Source: a virus
Virus record (IMG/VR): IMGVR_UViG_3300007513_001104
Strand: one strand, 5' to 3'
DNA: 64,000 nt
Positions 37,054-48,054 of this stretch are shown one piece after another. The notes beneath the pieces are model-generated. The model was not told where the DNA came from. It worked only from the letters and a program-made list of their open reading frames with translations, and did no database searches. The translations under genes were made by a program, and so were the position numbers. The first letter of the stretch is position 1, and each line of letters starts with the position of its first letter.

Positions 37054-38412
37054 TTAATTTTTAACCTTATCAAACTTAGCTGCTTGGGTGATACCTTGTA
37101 CATATCGGCCCATTACAGTATTGTCTGTTAAAGCTCCCTGATCAACGCTATCTTCTAGCTTATCGCTATCATCTGCTTTCGCTTTAGGAAAATAATTTTC
37201 CTTGATAACATTTAGTTTTTCAGTGTACATCTCTTCGTTGTCGTAAGATACGTCTTCGATTAGAGTTGCAAACTTTTCAACTTCAGTTTCAGCTAGATCG
37301 TCAACCACGGAACGGAATACTCTTTCCTTTTGTAGTTGTTCCCTGTCTTCGCTGATTTCAACAGACTTGTTAATCTCTTCGTCTAACTTAGATTTTAACT
37401 CGTCTATTTCTTTTTGTTGAGACGTAAGTACATCGAATTTTTCTTCAGGAACATCGATGTAATGGTTTTGGAATGTCTCTCTAAGATCTTTAATAAAGCT
37501 CTCTGTGATTTCATTCTTAAGACCATTCTCAACAGCTAGTTCATTCTCTGACATCCATTGCTCAGTTACATAACTGAGATATTTGTCAATGTTTTCTACT
37601 AGCTTTTCTTTAGCTTCTTCAAAAGCCTTATTGGCTTCCTCAACAAGTTCGTTCTCAATGAGATCTATTTGTTGATTGACTCGAGCTACAACGACAGTCT
37701 CAAATAATGAGGCTGCTTTTGTTTTGAATTCTTCTGAAAGATGCTCTTCGTCGGCAAATAAGTTAGCAATGTCTTCTTCAAAAAGTGTTTCAGTTTCTGC
37801 TTCTTCTTCTGTTTCTGCTTCTTCTTCTTCAGTTTCTTCTGCGACTACTTCTTCTTCGCCTTCAGCTTGTTCTTCTTCCTCTTCCTCTGCGGGTGCTTCC
37901 TCTGCAGTTTCTTCTTCTGCTACTACTTCATCATCAGTTTCAATAACTTCTTCTAAAGTTTCCTCGTCTTCGCCACCTTCTTCGCTCTCGCCAACAGGTC
38001 CCCTGTTGCCTGCTGAGCTAGGTTGGTTAACTACTGACTTAGGATCTGTAGTGTCTGTGTAGTTTGGAGCTTTTCCAGCGCCTGCGCCTTCTAGGCCAGG
38101 TGCTTTTGAAGCTTTACTAGAAGCTGCTTTACCTACTGGGCTTGTTAATCCGCCTTCTGGGTTGCTAGAACCGCTAAGGTCTTGCTGCTCAGGATTTGGA
38201 TTGGAATTACCTTGTAAAGGATTAGTTTTGTCACCAGCTGTTTTGTCCAACGGACGATGTGGGTCCGCCGAAGATGTTGGCAAGTTAGCTCTTGAACTTC
38301 CACCTTGCATAGGTGGGTTTTGATCTCCAGCAATTGCCTCATCTATAACTTCTACGGTAGCGTCCTGAAGCTTACCTTCTAGAAGTTCTCTGATTTTGGA
38401 TTCTACTCCCAT
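37054..38412 (-). CDS. gp22: prohead scaffold protein (gp22)
   Basis: LSEEFK.KA..LFE, D.YL.YV.EQW..EN.LAVE.G, HYIDVP, IKENYF; acidic N-half. Confidence 0.92.
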   Translation of the reverse strand: MGVESKIRELLEGKLQDATVEVIDEAIAGDQNPPMQGGSSRANLPTSSADPHRPLDKTAGDKTNPLQGNSNPNPEQQDLSGSSNPEGGLTSPVGKAASSKASKAPGLEGAGAGKAPNYTDTTDPKSVVNQPSSAGNRGPVGESEEGGEDEETLEEVIETDDEVVAEEETAEEAPAEEEEEEQAEGEEEVVAEETEEEEAETEEEAETETLFEEDIANLFADEEHLSEEFKTKAASLFETVVVARVNQQIDLIENELVEEANKAFEEAKEKLVENIDKYLSYVTEQWMSENELAVENGLKNEITESFIKDLRETFQNHYIDVPEEKFDVLTSQQKEIDELKSKLDEEINKSVEISEDREQLQKERVFRSVVDDLAETEVEKFATLIEDVSYDNEEMYTEKLNVIKENYFPKAKADDSDKLEDSVDQGALTDNTVMGRYVQGITQAAKFDKVKN

Positions 38413-38463
38413 TTTTCTCTCCTTATTAGTCGGATTATCTAGTTTTACTATAATCTAATAAAC

Positions 38464-38477
38464 TATTTATATTTATA
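38464..38477 (-). promoter_or_regulatory. tandem late promoters for gp22
   Basis: Two overlapping TATAAATA matches. Confidence 0.75.
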
Positions 38478-38487
38478 TAGATTTCTA

Positions 38488-39147
38488 TTAGATTTTGGAC
38501 AGTTTTTGTAGAAAATTGTTAAAGACTTGGAGCTTTTCTTCTTCTAAATGTGCTGAATTTGCACTAGAAATAGTAGCCTGAGCCTCTTCAATGTCCTGTT
38601 CTGTCCATCTCCCATTAACAAAAACCCATTCTTTGCCCTCCATTATACCGCTAACAAAAGCGTCTGGAGCGCTCGGATCAGCAACAATATCTGCTGCTGT
38701 GGCAAGCATAAAGTCATCTTGTACTTCGTTAATGCCGTTTCTCTCTTTTAAAGAGCCCAGTCCTCTGGATGAAACACCCAGCTGAGCACCTTCGCTAATG
38801 AGTTCTTTTACAATTTTACCCATAGGCGTATCCATAACCTTCGCCTTACCGATATAATTGTTGCCGTCTTCCTTAAGTGATACAATCATGTGCGAGACAC
38901 GGTCCAAGTTAACCGTTGGGCCTTCAGGATGACCTAATTCCCCATAAGCTCGTTTAGTGTCAACATTTTCTTTGACATAACGATTTACTTCTCGCTGCAT
39001 TATCTCTCTTGGATATATACGGCCGTTCTTGTTCTTTAAATCTGATTGTAAAAAGACTCCTTCAATAAACACGTTAGGTTTATTTTTATTTTTAGTCTCT
39101 TCTGTGAGATAATTAATCTCTTGGTTAAATTCTTTTATTAATCTCAT
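38488..39147 (-). CDS. gp21: prohead protease (gp21)
   Basis: N.NGRIYP, GELGHP, LGVSSRG.GS, DIVADPSAP.AFV. Confidence 0.97.
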   Translation of the reverse strand: MRLIKEFNQEINYLTEETKNKNKPNVFIEGVFLQSDLKNKNGRIYPREIMQREVNRYVKENVDTKRAYGELGHPEGPTVNLDRVSHMIVSLKEDGNNYIGKAKVMDTPMGKIVKELISEGAQLGVSSRGLGSLKERNGINEVQDDFMLATAADIVADPSAPDAFVSGIMEGKEWVFVNGRWTEQDIEEAQATISSANSAHLEEEKLQVFNNFLQKLSKI

Positions 39148-39151
39148 TGTT

Positions 39152-39577
39152 CTATCCTAATGAACCGCCATCATACACATTTCCTGCGTCATCTGTGTCT
39201 AATGGTGCGTTTTGATGTTGTTGTGAACCATATCCAGAAACTTTAGCACAATCAACTATGACTGTTCCGCCAGAGCCTCCTGCTATTACGACTTCTATAT
39301 CGCTTCCGTTTTCTGAATTGTCTGAAAAGCCGTAAAAATCTTGTGATCCGCTTTCATGTAGTTCATATAGAACAACGGAGTTTCTTTGCACCTTGGCGCT
39401 AGCTCCGCTTGATAGTGTCCAATGTAGTCCCTTAATGTTTACTGCTGGGGAGCTTTGCGTCTCGGTGGATTTCTTTAACGTTGTTGCTAAAGCTATTGTA
39501 CCTGTTGCTGCAGTCCCCCTAACACTAACCACACCCTGGACTTGGGTTAATTTTAAGTTATTTACTGTGACTGCCAT
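39152..39577 (-). CDS. hypothetical (probably virion) protein
   Basis: Located in the head gene block; SD upstream. Confidence 0.65.
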   Translation of the reverse strand: MAVTVNNLKLTQVQGVVSVRGTAATGTIALATTLKKSTETQSSPAVNIKGLHWTLSSGASAKVQRNSVVLYELHESGSQDFYGFSDNSENGSDIEVVIAGGSGGTVIVDCAKVSGYGSQQHQNAPLDTDDAGNVYDGGSLG

Positions 39578-39586
39578 TTAATTTTC

Positions 39587-39893
39587 CTATGTTGGTAAGT
39601 TATATTTCTTTTTACTACTATGGTTAATGTGTTTATTCTCTTCAAGAACTTCTATGTTCTCGTCATCCACTTCAACTCTTTCTATACCGTGTTCAAACAT
39701 AACCTTATACCAGGCAACGTTGCCGTTTTCATCTGGTTCTGCATGTTCACCTATAATAGTTTTGCCTTCTTTCCACTCTTTGTGGAAGATTTTACTAGCG
39801 CACATGTGCTTATCGCCTTCTAGTGAGCCTTTAGCAACACCATCAGTAGGAGCTTCGGTAATAACTCCTGCTCTATAATCCTTAAACGTTCTC
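39587..39893 (-). CDS. hypothetical head-region protein
   Basis: MRTFKDYR start (track ORF 39922); HMCA...WY.V.FEHG motif. Confidence 0.65.
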
Positions 39894-40175
39894 ATCTGTT
39901 TCGCCGTCTTCAACAGGTACACCTGTTGTTTGATCTATATCCACTAACTCTAACGGTTCACCCATTGGTTCCATGTTAGGATCTACACTTTGTGGATGAA
40001 ACATTTGCTTTGATGTTTCAACCTTTGCTGCATCCATTGCATGGTTTGTCCTGTCTTGCATTAAGTTATTAAAGTTATCTTGGACATCTGATGCTTTACC
40101 AGCTATCATGTTGTCTAACATGTCTTTAATTTCTTTACTTTGATCTAAATCTTCTGCCATTTTATGCTCCTCCAT
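39882..40175 (-). CDS. small acidic prohead core protein (gp67-like position)
   Basis: Immediately downstream of portal; acidic. Confidence 0.55.
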   Translation of the reverse strand: MEEHKMAEDLDQSKEIKDMLDNMIAGKASDVQDNFNNLMQDRTNHAMDAAKVETSKQMFHPQSVDPNMEPMGEPLELVDIDQTTGVPVEDGETDENV

Positions 40176-41754
40176 TAGGTCCTACGGGGTTTCCCTCGCC
40201 TGGAACCTCATCTTCTATATTACCAGCTCCGTTAGGGGCTGCTTGATCAACTGCTGCCAGTGGACTCCATTGATATTGTCTTTGATATTGAGGTTCACTC
40301 AATAATTCAGTTTCAATTTCTTCAATTTCATCATCTGTTAGCATTAAAACGTTCTTTTGTATGTAACGCTTACTAAAAAATGTTCCGATATATGCTGCCA
40401 ATCCGTTTAATACTTCTACTCTACTTCTCAAAATCTCTTGTTCTTTAGACTCTGTATAGTAAGCATCTGTAGAAAACTCAAAATCTATATCGTCTTTAAT
40501 AAGGTGCCAATCCTCTTCGGTTAGAACACCTTTTAGTAAACATTGCGTCTTTAAAAGATCGCTTAACATAACTGAGAACTTCCTTCTTAACTTGATGATG
40601 AATTTTGTAAACTTCATTTCATCTCTGTTAATCTCAGCTGCTCTCCCAAAGTTCATACCAGCTTGTTGTTCCAAACGTGAGATAGGAATGTTCAACGATT
40701 GATATAGTTTACGTTGAAAATATTCTACGTCTTCTATTTGCCCCAGGTTTTGGCCTGCTGGCAATGTATCAATCTGTGTTCCTGTCCCGCCTTCTCTTCT
40801 GGGTAACCAGAAGTCTTCCAACATTGACATAAACTTCTTGTCATCACGGATCTCGCCTGTATTAGCATCGTAAACTAACTTATTACGATAACGATCCATA
40901 ATGTCTTTTAGATATTGTTCTGCCTTCATCTTCGGCAAGTTACCAACATCTACATAAAATATTCGTCTTTCAGGAGCCCTTGTAATTCTATAAATTACTA
41001 CCGCGTTCTCCATCATACGAAGTTGGTTTGCTGGCCTTATGGCCTTGTGTAAATACGACAAAGGTATTTGTTTGTCGCTATCTACCAAACCGCTAGGTGC
41101 ATATGTAATAGCATCCTTTGTTATTTTCAACCCTTGTTGATTCTCAGGTGCTACATAAGCTCCAGGTTTTTGAGTTACGCCCTTATCATTATATATAAAG
41201 AACTCATTAACCTCTTTAACAAACATGACGCCAGTAGGGTTCTTTTCCTTCTTGACTTCACGTACTTTCCTAATTTTCCTGGGATCAATATATCTAATAT
41301 CTTTTATCCCTTGTTTAGGTTGTTCAAGATCTATTACCTTATGGAAATAAATCCTTCCATCAACATACCATCTTCGGAAATAATCCTGGGCTCTATCCTT
41401 AAAGTCCAGGATATTTTTAATTTCCTCGAATTCATTTGCTATACTTTTCCTAACACTGGCTGAAAGTCTTACTTCGTCCAGGTTAATTTCAACGGGTGAC
41501 TCGTTCTCCAATTGTGCAACAGACTCGTTGATTATATCTTCAACTGCTGTATCCACGTCTGCCATTAAAGCAATGTCGCGATACCGCTTAATCAATTCCG
41601 CTTCTGTTTGGGCTATGCCTTCAACGTCCATGTAGGTACCGTAGTACCCACCTGCTCGAATCGACTCTATTGCACCGTCATCGGATGGCGCCACAAAAGA
41701 TTTTTCGCTCTGTGGCGTCTGTTTCCGTTTTATTTCAAACCCAAATAAATCCAT
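40162..41754 (-). CDS. gp20: portal protein (gp20)
   Basis: WYVDGR, YRITRAPERRIFYVDVGNLPK.KAEQYL, EDFWLPRREG. Confidence 0.99.
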   Translation of the reverse strand: MDLFGFEIKRKQTPQSEKSFVAPSDDGAIESIRAGGYYGTYMDVEGIAQTEAELIKRYRDIALMADVDTAVEDIINESVAQLENESPVEINLDEVRLSASVRKSIANEFEEIKNILDFKDRAQDYFRRWYVDGRIYFHKVIDLEQPKQGIKDIRYIDPRKIRKVREVKKEKNPTGVMFVKEVNEFFIYNDKGVTQKPGAYVAPENQQGLKITKDAITYAPSGLVDSDKQIPLSYLHKAIRPANQLRMMENAVVIYRITRAPERRIFYVDVGNLPKMKAEQYLKDIMDRYRNKLVYDANTGEIRDDKKFMSMLEDFWLPRREGGTGTQIDTLPAGQNLGQIEDVEYFQRKLYQSLNIPISRLEQQAGMNFGRAAEINRDEMKFTKFIIKLRRKFSVMLSDLLKTQCLLKGVLTEEDWHLIKDDIDFEFSTDAYYTESKEQEILRSRVEVLNGLAAYIGTFFSKRYIQKNVLMLTDDEIEEIETELLSEPQYQRQYQWSPLAAVDQAAPNGAGNIEDEVPGEGNPVGPNGGA

Positions 41755-41775
41755 ATTCTATACCTATCCCTTAGG

Positions 41776-42306
41776 TTAGGTTACTGTGTACCATTGATAT
41801 TGGAATGTTACTGTAAATTCCTCAATGATATCGTTTTGTGCATATTGTAGTGCTATTTCCGACATATTAATTGGAAAGGCGTCATGTAACTTGTACTGAC
41901 CTCCTGGGAGGTTCTGAGAGTTACGGTCTAAATGATTCACATGTAACAATGTCTGATACTTAGAATGTTCAAGCTCGCCCTGGTTGGCATTTCCGCCTGA
42001 TTCGTTGCCTTTCGTATTCATCAATTCCATCCAAGCTTCAAATGGTTTTCTGAGACTAAATTCATTGTTGTTAGCAATAGTGATGGTCCAAGGATCAAAA
42101 ATCCTTTCGCCAGCAAATTTAACTTCTCTTCCACGATATTGAATTATCGCTGGATTTACCGTTGACGCTGGTAATGCAGCACCTGTAACTAACAGGCTAT
42201 ATTTTCCTTCTGCAACAATACCTGTTGGGAAATTAAGTACGACTTCAAACTGGTTAGGTCTGGCACCGCCTTCTTTTAGCAAGCTTTTAAAATTATCTAT
42301 ATCCAC
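41776..42306 (-). CDS. gp19: tail tube protein (gp19)
   Basis: GGARPNQFEV, RGR..K.AGER.F.PWTIT, IEEFTVTFQY. Confidence 0.95.
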   Translation of the reverse strand: MDIDNFKSLLKEGGARPNQFEVVLNFPTGIVAEGKYSLLVTGAALPASTVNPAIIQYRGREVKFAGERIFDPWTITIANNNEFSLRKPFEAWMELMNTKGNESGGNANQGELEHSKYQTLLHVNHLDRNSQNLPGGQYKLHDAFPINMSEIALQYAQNDIIEEFTVTFQYQWYTVT

Positions 42307-42325
42307 TTTATTCTCCTCTTCTTAC

Positions 42326-42333
42326 TATTTATA
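42326..42333 (-). promoter_or_regulatory. late promoter for gp19
   Basis: TATAAATA. Confidence 0.8.
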
Positions 42334-42335
42334 CA

Positions 42336-44246
42336 TTACCCGCCAATTTCTTCAAATGCAACACCACTTCTTGTAGCAATAAAGTTAAGCTGTATAAAGT
42401 TGATAGCCTTTGCTGGTTTAATGAAAATGTCTGCAACAAATTCATTTCTATCAATTACTTCGCCTGTATTATTGCTAGAGTTACATATAACTTTAAAGTC
42501 ATATATTCCTCTACGTCCTTTGACGTCCCTTAGGAAAGGTGTAAGCATACTTGAGAATTGTGCTCTTGTAAATGCGTCGTTAAATTCAAACAATTGGAAC
42601 TTAGCTGCTGTTGCTACTGCTTTTTCAATTATGATAAACAGTCTTCGAACATTAATTCTATTAAATGCTGAAGGAGCTGCTAGTAACGTCTTGTCCCCGA
42701 ACAATACGATTCCGTTTCCAGGACTGTTTATAACAGGGTTTACTCCGGCTTGGTATAGATCATCTCTATTTGCCTTAGTAGGATTCCACGCTAGTTTTAC
42801 TGCGTTTCTTACTTGTCCTCTGTTAAATCCTGCTGGAGAGTACCAAGGATCTCTGACGTTGTCTGTGTTTACACATAGACCTGCCATGTCTCCGTTTAAT
42901 GGTACCCAACGATATACATCATTGTATCTATCGTATTGGTATTTCCAGTTACTGTCCATTACACTATATGATGTGGCTGATAAAGCGCCTTTATCACCTG
43001 TTATAGTTGTAACTTCTGAACCGGAGTTGTTTACTACACTTCCTCTCTGTGGTGAAACAAATGCTATACAGTCTTTTCTGACTTTAGCAATATTGTCTTG
43101 TACCCACTTCTTATCAGTGTTGGTCCAGCCAGCCGTCATTACTAGGTTGACGTCAACTGATTCTGCGTCTCCAAATAATGCGTAAGACCTTTGTACGTCT
43201 GCGCTGTCTGGGCTGTCAGAAACACCACCTGTTAAACTGTCAGTATGTTCTGCTGTAGTAAATACTGATGTATAGGCTGTTCCTGATGAAGCTGTTCCCC
43301 ATGTGCTGTCTCCTGCTGGGTGATCCATCCAACGGATAAACTCAGACTGTGTATTAATCACGTCTTTGTAGTATATTGATCCGCCTTGTAGACCTTTAGC
43401 ATCTGATGCTTTGGAAACACCTTCGTGTTTTTCTAAAACTGTACCTGCCACACCCGTAAACAAACCATCTTCGTCAATAACGATTATATGAAGTTCATCA
43501 TTTGAACCTCCTACTAATGCTACGTTCGTTGAGGTTAAAGGTGCGGAGTTAAAGTTGTCTTTGTAAGTCCAATCTGCTGCGAGAACGGCTGTAGCTGTTG
43601 CTCCAGAACCGCCTCCACCGCTAAATGTGATAGCTGGTGCGCTAGTATATCCATTACCAGGATTCGTAATAGTAATTGCAGTAACTGCACCGCCACTAAC
43701 TGTAGCTGTACCTGTTGCTGTAATACCTGAACCTGGAGCTGCAAAAGCAACTGTTGGAGCTGACGTATAGTTAGATCCTCCTGCACTAATTGTAGCTGAT
43801 GCTACTGAATTAGTATCATAGTTGCTTGAGTCTGCAAATGAAACTTTAAGCGAGTTGCCTAGAGCTCCTGGATGTTTTGCTGCCCACATACCGACACTTC
43901 CTTGACCACTGGAATAATTGTTATCATAATCCTCTTCGTTCTTAACTAAGACGCCTGCTGTAGAACCTGCGTTCTTTGCAGCGTCTATGTCACATGAACG
44001 GACTACTTTAAGATTATTACCATAAGCCAAGAAGCTAGCTGCTGTAAACCAAGATTCATAGTTATCTGAATTTGGTTCAAAAAATGTATCAACTAGATTG
44101 TTCTCAGAACTAATTGTTGTGATCTCGTCAGTAGGTCCCCACTGCGCGTCCATTACAACCGCTCCTATTGTAGAAGCGACTGCAGGAACTACACTTGTAA
44201 GATCCCTCTCTGTGACTTGAACACCTGGTGATAGCTGAAATGCCAT
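42336..44246 (-). CDS. gp18: contractile tail sheath protein (gp18)
   Basis: SPGV...[32 protein letters not shown]. Confidence 0.98.
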   Translation of the reverse strand: MAFQLSPGVQVTERDLTSVVPAVASTIGAVVMDAQWGPTDEITTISSENNLVDTFFEPNSDNYESWFTAASFLAYGNNLKVVRSCDIDAAKNAGSTAGVLVKNEEDYDNNYSSGQGSVGMWAAKHPGALGNSLKVSFADSSNYDTNSVASATISAGGSNYTSAPTVAFAAPGSGITATGTATVSGGAVTAITITNPGNGYTSAPAITFSGGGGSGATATAVLAADWTYKDNFNSAPLTSTNVALVGGSNDELHIIVIDEDGLFTGVAGTVLEKHEGVSKASDAKGLQGGSIYYKDVINTQSEFIRWMDHPAGDSTWGTASSGTAYTSVFTTAEHTDSLTGGVSDSPDSADVQRSYALFGDAESVDVNLVMTAGWTNTDKKWVQDNIAKVRKDCIAFVSPQRGSVVNNSGSEVTTITGDKGALSATSYSVMDSNWKYQYDRYNDVYRWVPLNGDMAGLCVNTDNVRDPWYSPAGFNRGQVRNAVKLAWNPTKANRDDLYQAGVNPVINSPGNGIVLFGDKTLLAAPSAFNRINVRRLFIIIEKAVATAAKFQLFEFNDAFTRAQFSSMLTPFLRDVKGRRGIYDFKVICNSSNNTGEVIDRNEFVADIFIKPAKAINFIQLNFIATRSGVAFEEIGG

Positions 44247-44309
44247 GTTTTTCTCCTCGGTTTATTTTATCTTATGAATGACACAAGTTTAATTATTATC
44301 ATCACCAAC

Positions 44310-44317
44310 TATTTATA
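44310..44317 (-). promoter_or_regulatory. late promoter for gp18
   Basis: TATAAATA. Confidence 0.8.
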
Positions 44318-44360
44318 AATCATATTATTTAGAACCGTTTTTCTGTCTGTACAGCTCCTT

Positions 44361-46055
44361 TTATTTGTGTGTACGTCTTTCTGGTAAGGTTCTAGCATAA
44401 TTTTCTGATATTTTTCTCATTTTTTTCTGTAAGTTCTTATGGTAATCGTCTTCCAACAACCATAAATCACCATTAACTACTTCAAACTCTGGCTCTTGTC
44501 CATCGTCTCTTATATAAGGAGTTAGATTGTGTTCTATTTCTCCCATTTGTTGTTTATATAATCCTTCTCTTGTATTAACATCTGTCATATCTTTAAAGAA
44601 ATTCTGTGTACTTAACCAACCAAATAGTACGCAACACATAACTAAATCGTCATGATATCCTACGTCTGCCTGATATGTATTGCCCTTTTCTATAAATGTT
44701 GATATTTCATGTATTATATGTTCATCAAATATCAACATTTTTCTTTCTTCTAGTAAAGATTTAAATGCAAAACACCCTTGTCTTTTTACTTGTTTTGATG
44801 TTGTAACACCATGCTTACTTGTTTTACCAAATCCTGGACTGACATATTGTCTGTTTTGCTCTGTAACCGTACTACAAATATTCTCATATTCTATTTCTTG
44901 ATGTAATATTTCTACTACTTGTTGTCCTATATCATTAACTTCTACTAATATAAATGCGTCGTTATAGTCTTTTCCTACCTTTCCAATAACATCTGGAAAC
45001 AACATAGGTGATATATCATTACACTTATATTTTGCTACTATATTGTACGGCATTTCTGTTATGTCTGCTACAACAAAGGCGGAATAATCTCCGCCAATTC
45101 CCCTGGCTGTGTCGACTGTAATTGCGTAATAATGATCTTTTTGTGGTTCTTCGTATATGTCTAAATTATTGTTTTGAAATATAGGATCTTTGGTACTCAT
45201 AGAACCTATAGTTTGTGAGTTAATTAATGTATTAGTTGAACCTAAGAACTCACATAATACTTCTTGGTTAAATTTAACATCACCGAGAAGTTGTTTTTGT
45301 TCGTCTAACCACTTCTCATCACGTCCTGGTATCTCATAGTAAGGAATAAACATATGCTCAAAGCCGTTCTCTCCTTTCTCTGCCTCATTCCAGAACTTCC
45401 AGAAGTGATTGTATCCTAATGGTGTAGATGTAAGTAGAATTTTAGTTGTTTCACCAGCAGAAATAGTAGGATAAACAGAAGTAAAGAACTCATCTGCTAT
45501 GTTATTAGGTATGATTGCAGCCTCATCAATATATAACCAATTAACAGACTTACCACGTATCGCTGCTGCTGTTGTTGCTGCTGTTAATACTTTACTATTA
45601 TTCTCTAGTTCTACGTCACCCTTATTCCACGTTTTAACACCTTGTTGCATCCACAAAGGCAAGTTCTCATACATAATTTGATACCTATTCAATACTTCCC
45701 TAGCAGCTGCACTCTTATTAGCCATAATAGCTACTGTTTTATCTTCTTCGAAAATTGTATAATGAAGAATACACGCTGCTGCTGTAACTGTTTTGCCTTG
45801 TTGTCTTCCTTCCATTAAAACAACACGTCTATTATTCATTATGCAATCTACTTTGTCTCTTTGACAATCATATAGTTTAAAAGGTTGTAATCCTTTATCT
45901 AAAGTAATTATTTTTACATAGGTTTCTATGAAATACTTAGGATCTTTTGAACATTTGATATACTCTGCAACTTCTTCTTTGGTGAAGTCGTGTTGATAAG
46001 CTAACGGTTTAAGGTTAGGATTACCATGATAACTATTCCCTTCTGCTTGTGTCAT
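44361..46055 (-). CDS. gp17: terminase large subunit (gp17)
   Basis: Y.GNPNLK, RQQGKT, IDEAA, STPLG.NHF, DTARG.G.DYS, HDDLVM. Confidence 0.98.
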   Translation of the reverse strand: MTQAEGNSYHGNPNLKPLAYQHDFTKEEVAEYIKCSKDPKYFIETYVKIITLDKGLQPFKLYDCQRDKVDCIMNNRRVVLMEGRQQGKTVTAAACILHYTIFEEDKTVAIMANKSAAAREVLNRYQIMYENLPLWMQQGVKTWNKGDVELENNSKVLTAATTAAAIRGKSVNWLYIDEAAIIPNNIADEFFTSVYPTISAGETTKILLTSTPLGYNHFWKFWNEAEKGENGFEHMFIPYYEIPGRDEKWLDEQKQLLGDVKFNQEVLCEFLGSTNTLINSQTIGSMSTKDPIFQNNNLDIYEEPQKDHYYAITVDTARGIGGDYSAFVVADITEMPYNIVAKYKCNDISPMLFPDVIGKVGKDYNDAFILVEVNDIGQQVVEILHQEIEYENICSTVTEQNRQYVSPGFGKTSKHGVTTSKQVKRQGCFAFKSLLEERKMLIFDEHIIHEISTFIEKGNTYQADVGYHDDLVMCCVLFGWLSTQNFFKDMTDVNTREGLYKQQMGEIEHNLTPYIRDDGQEPEFEVVNGDLWLLEDDYHKNLQKKMRKISENYARTLPERRTHK

Positions 46056-46575
46056 CTTTCTCTACGTTTATTACTTTAGGATCTTCTTCCCCTTTTAAAG
46101 CGCTCAATAAATCTTTTGTGCTACCTACAAACAAATTATTCTGAGTTTTAACGTTTCCTTTTTTAGGATCGTCTGCTGTTACACGTTTTTGTCTTTCTTG
46201 TACATCAATCATGTCTTTAGCTGTGTCTTGTAAGTTTTTAATTAGTCCCCCAGCCACTTCATATGCACGTGGTTGGTCACTATTTCTGGCAATATGTAAT
46301 ATGCCTTGTATGGCTTCGTCGTTGTATGCTTCTGCTTGTTTTAATATTGATCTAGCATACTGGAAGTCCTCTTCTTGTTGTTTAGCAAGTAGTGCTTCTC
46401 TATCTTCATCAGACATTGGAACCTCAGGAAGTTGTTTCTTCCTCTCGCTTTCTCTTTCTTTTAAGTTTTTTTCTAGTGCCTTTGTGACTGCTTTAGTATT
46501 AAATTTTTTATCTAAATCGTCAAAAGGATTTTTATTCGAAGTTGTCATCAAATTCCTCCACAAACTGATATGCAT
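46033..46575 (-). CDS. gp16: terminase small subunit (gp16)
   Basis: D...AR, PRAYEV, NNLFVGST.DL; likely start MTTSNK. Confidence 0.92.
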   Translation of the reverse strand: MHISLWRNLMTTSNKNPFDDLDKKFNTKAVTKALEKNLKERESERKKQLPEVPMSDEDREALLAKQQEEDFQYARSILKQAEAYNDEAIQGILHIARNSDQPRAYEVAGGLIKNLQDTAKDMIDVQERQKRVTADDPKKGNVKTQNNLFVGSTKDLLSALKGEEDPKVINVEKDDTSRRE

Positions 46576-47314
46576 CTATGGGACTTGCATCTTCTGGATT
46601 AACGTAAGCAGTTAAAGTCTGTTTTAAGTTGCCTAAATTCAATGACATTGTTGGGTCATCGTATATATCTGCAATAACTTTCTTAATTATTCCTACTTTT
46701 TCTACGTTACTGTAAAAATTAAGCCTCATTGTAAAGTTCAAAGTCCATACAACACTTAATCTATTAGCAAAGTCGCCTTCATATTCGTCTTCATAACCAA
46801 CATTATCTAATGTAATCTTTATGTCCCGTTTTATATTTAATTCAGGTAAATCGTTAATTGTAACATTAAAATCAGGATTAAAATATGGAAGAATTTGTTC
46901 CACAATTTGTAATCCATCATCTTGATTCTTCGCAAATATATATAAGGATAAATTCATGTTAAATGGCGCTGAATTAAATGCCGTCCTTACTGTATTTGCT
47001 GTGTCTCCTGACCCGATAGCTTTATTTTTATTTATTATTGGTGTCTTTCTACTAGGATCATACATTATTCCTTGTATTTCAAAACCTATACGTGGCAATG
47101 TAATAGCTACTTCACCTCTTGTATCTGTACCGGTAACCCTAGCTATTCTTGTCATAAATTTTTGCTTAGTAGAGTATGACAATGGTACCCTAAGAACCTG
47201 TGCTACTGCTCCAGCACTATTTTTACGTTCAATGTTTATATTATTGAATATCGATCCAAAAGCAATGACTGCTTTTCGTATATGCTGGTGGTAAAATGTT
47301 TGATCTTTAAACAC
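46532..47314 (-). CDS. gp15: tail sheath stabiliser (gp15)
   Basis: FYH..IRK...AFG..FN.I, VPL.Y, LPR..FE, QIVEQILPYFNP. Confidence 0.95.
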   Translation of the reverse strand: MFKDQTFYHQHIRKAVIAFGSIFNNINIERKNSAGAVAQVLRVPLSYSTKQKFMTRIARVTGTDTRGEVAITLPRIGFEIQGIMYDPSRKTPIINKNKAIGSGDTANTVRTAFNSAPFNMNLSLYIFAKNQDDGLQIVEQILPYFNPDFNVTINDLPELNIKRDIKITLDNVGYEDEYEGDFANRLSVVWTLNFTMRLNFYSNVEKVGIIKKVIADIYDDPTMSLNLGNLKQTLTAYVNPEDASPIDAYQFVEEFDDNFE

Positions 47315-48050
47315 CTATCTCTCCAAAAGGATTCTTCTCACTGAAGTCTAATATACCTTCTAGTGTTACTAAGTTTTCAAAGTCTGCATTGTCTATTGGT
47401 TCTGCTTTAAGTGAGTATGCTTCATTAATTATTGATCCTGTGTCCTCTTTAAGCCACAAACCACCATCTTCTAATTGTAATTGATACTCCAACATATCCT
47501 GAGAGTATGTTGTTTCTATTCCATCTATTAATGTAATACCTGTATCTAAATCTTCTGAACTGTATTCGAAGAGTTCACAAACTAATCTAAATACATAAAT
47601 TTGGTTTAATTGATAGAATGGATTTTGGAAATCAACATATTTAATTTCAAATAGTGATTTAGTTTTTTCTAAATATATTAAATCTCCTTCTGAGGGTCTT
47701 GTTGTTTGTGTAAATGTGCCTCCAGAAGTTATTACCATGTCTTCCCAACGTCTTTTTGCCATTACAAACGTTGCTTGATCTCTAACTTCTAATCCAAACC
47801 TTGTAAATATGTCTCCTTGTCCTTCGTAACCATTTACATTATCCAAATACATTTCTAGAGGATATGCTTGTGTAAATTTGGACAGCTCATCCTCATCAAA
47901 GATTGTATCTTTGTTGACTAGTGTCCTGGGTAGGTAATAAGTATCGTGGCCGTATATTTTAAGACTTTCTATGATTAGGTCTTCTACTAATCTTTGTTCG
48001 TTTGTTTGTCCTTGTCCTTGGCCTGCTTGGAAATAAAAGTTTGTAGGCAT
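47307..48050 (-). CDS. gp14: neck protein (gp14)
   Basis: EQ.LVEDLIIES..IYG...YYLPR, RP.EGDLIY, FYQL, CELFEYS, NPFG. Confidence 0.95.
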   Translation of the reverse strand: MPTNFYFQAGQGQGQTNEQRLVEDLIIESLKIYGHDTYYLPRTLVNKDTIFDEDELSKFTQAYPLEMYLDNVNGYEGQGDIFTRFGLEVRDQATFVMAKRRWEDMVITSGGTFTQTTRPSEGDLIYLEKTKSLFEIKYVDFQNPFYQLNQIYVFRLVCELFEYSSEDLDTGITLIDGIETTYSQDMLEYQLQLEDGGLWLKEDTGSIINEAYSLKAEPIDNADFENLVTLEGILDFSEKNPFGEIGV

Positions 48051-48054
48051 ATTA

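Noticed and set aside
37740-37990. GAA-rich tandem repeat
   Set aside because: Simply encodes the Glu-rich linker typical of gp22 scaffolds
42400-43185. Long plus-strand ORFs antisense to gp18, fibre, crotonase and gp22 (also 52217-52900, 11740-12381, 37676-38062 and others)
   Set aside because: Shadow ORFs produced by codon bias of the real minus-strand genes; no SD, promoter or recognisable motifs
1007-46055. Introns, inteins or stop-codon recoding in core genes
   Set aside because: gp43, gp46, uvsW, gp17, gp20 and gp23 are uninterrupted, of normal length and translate in the standard code
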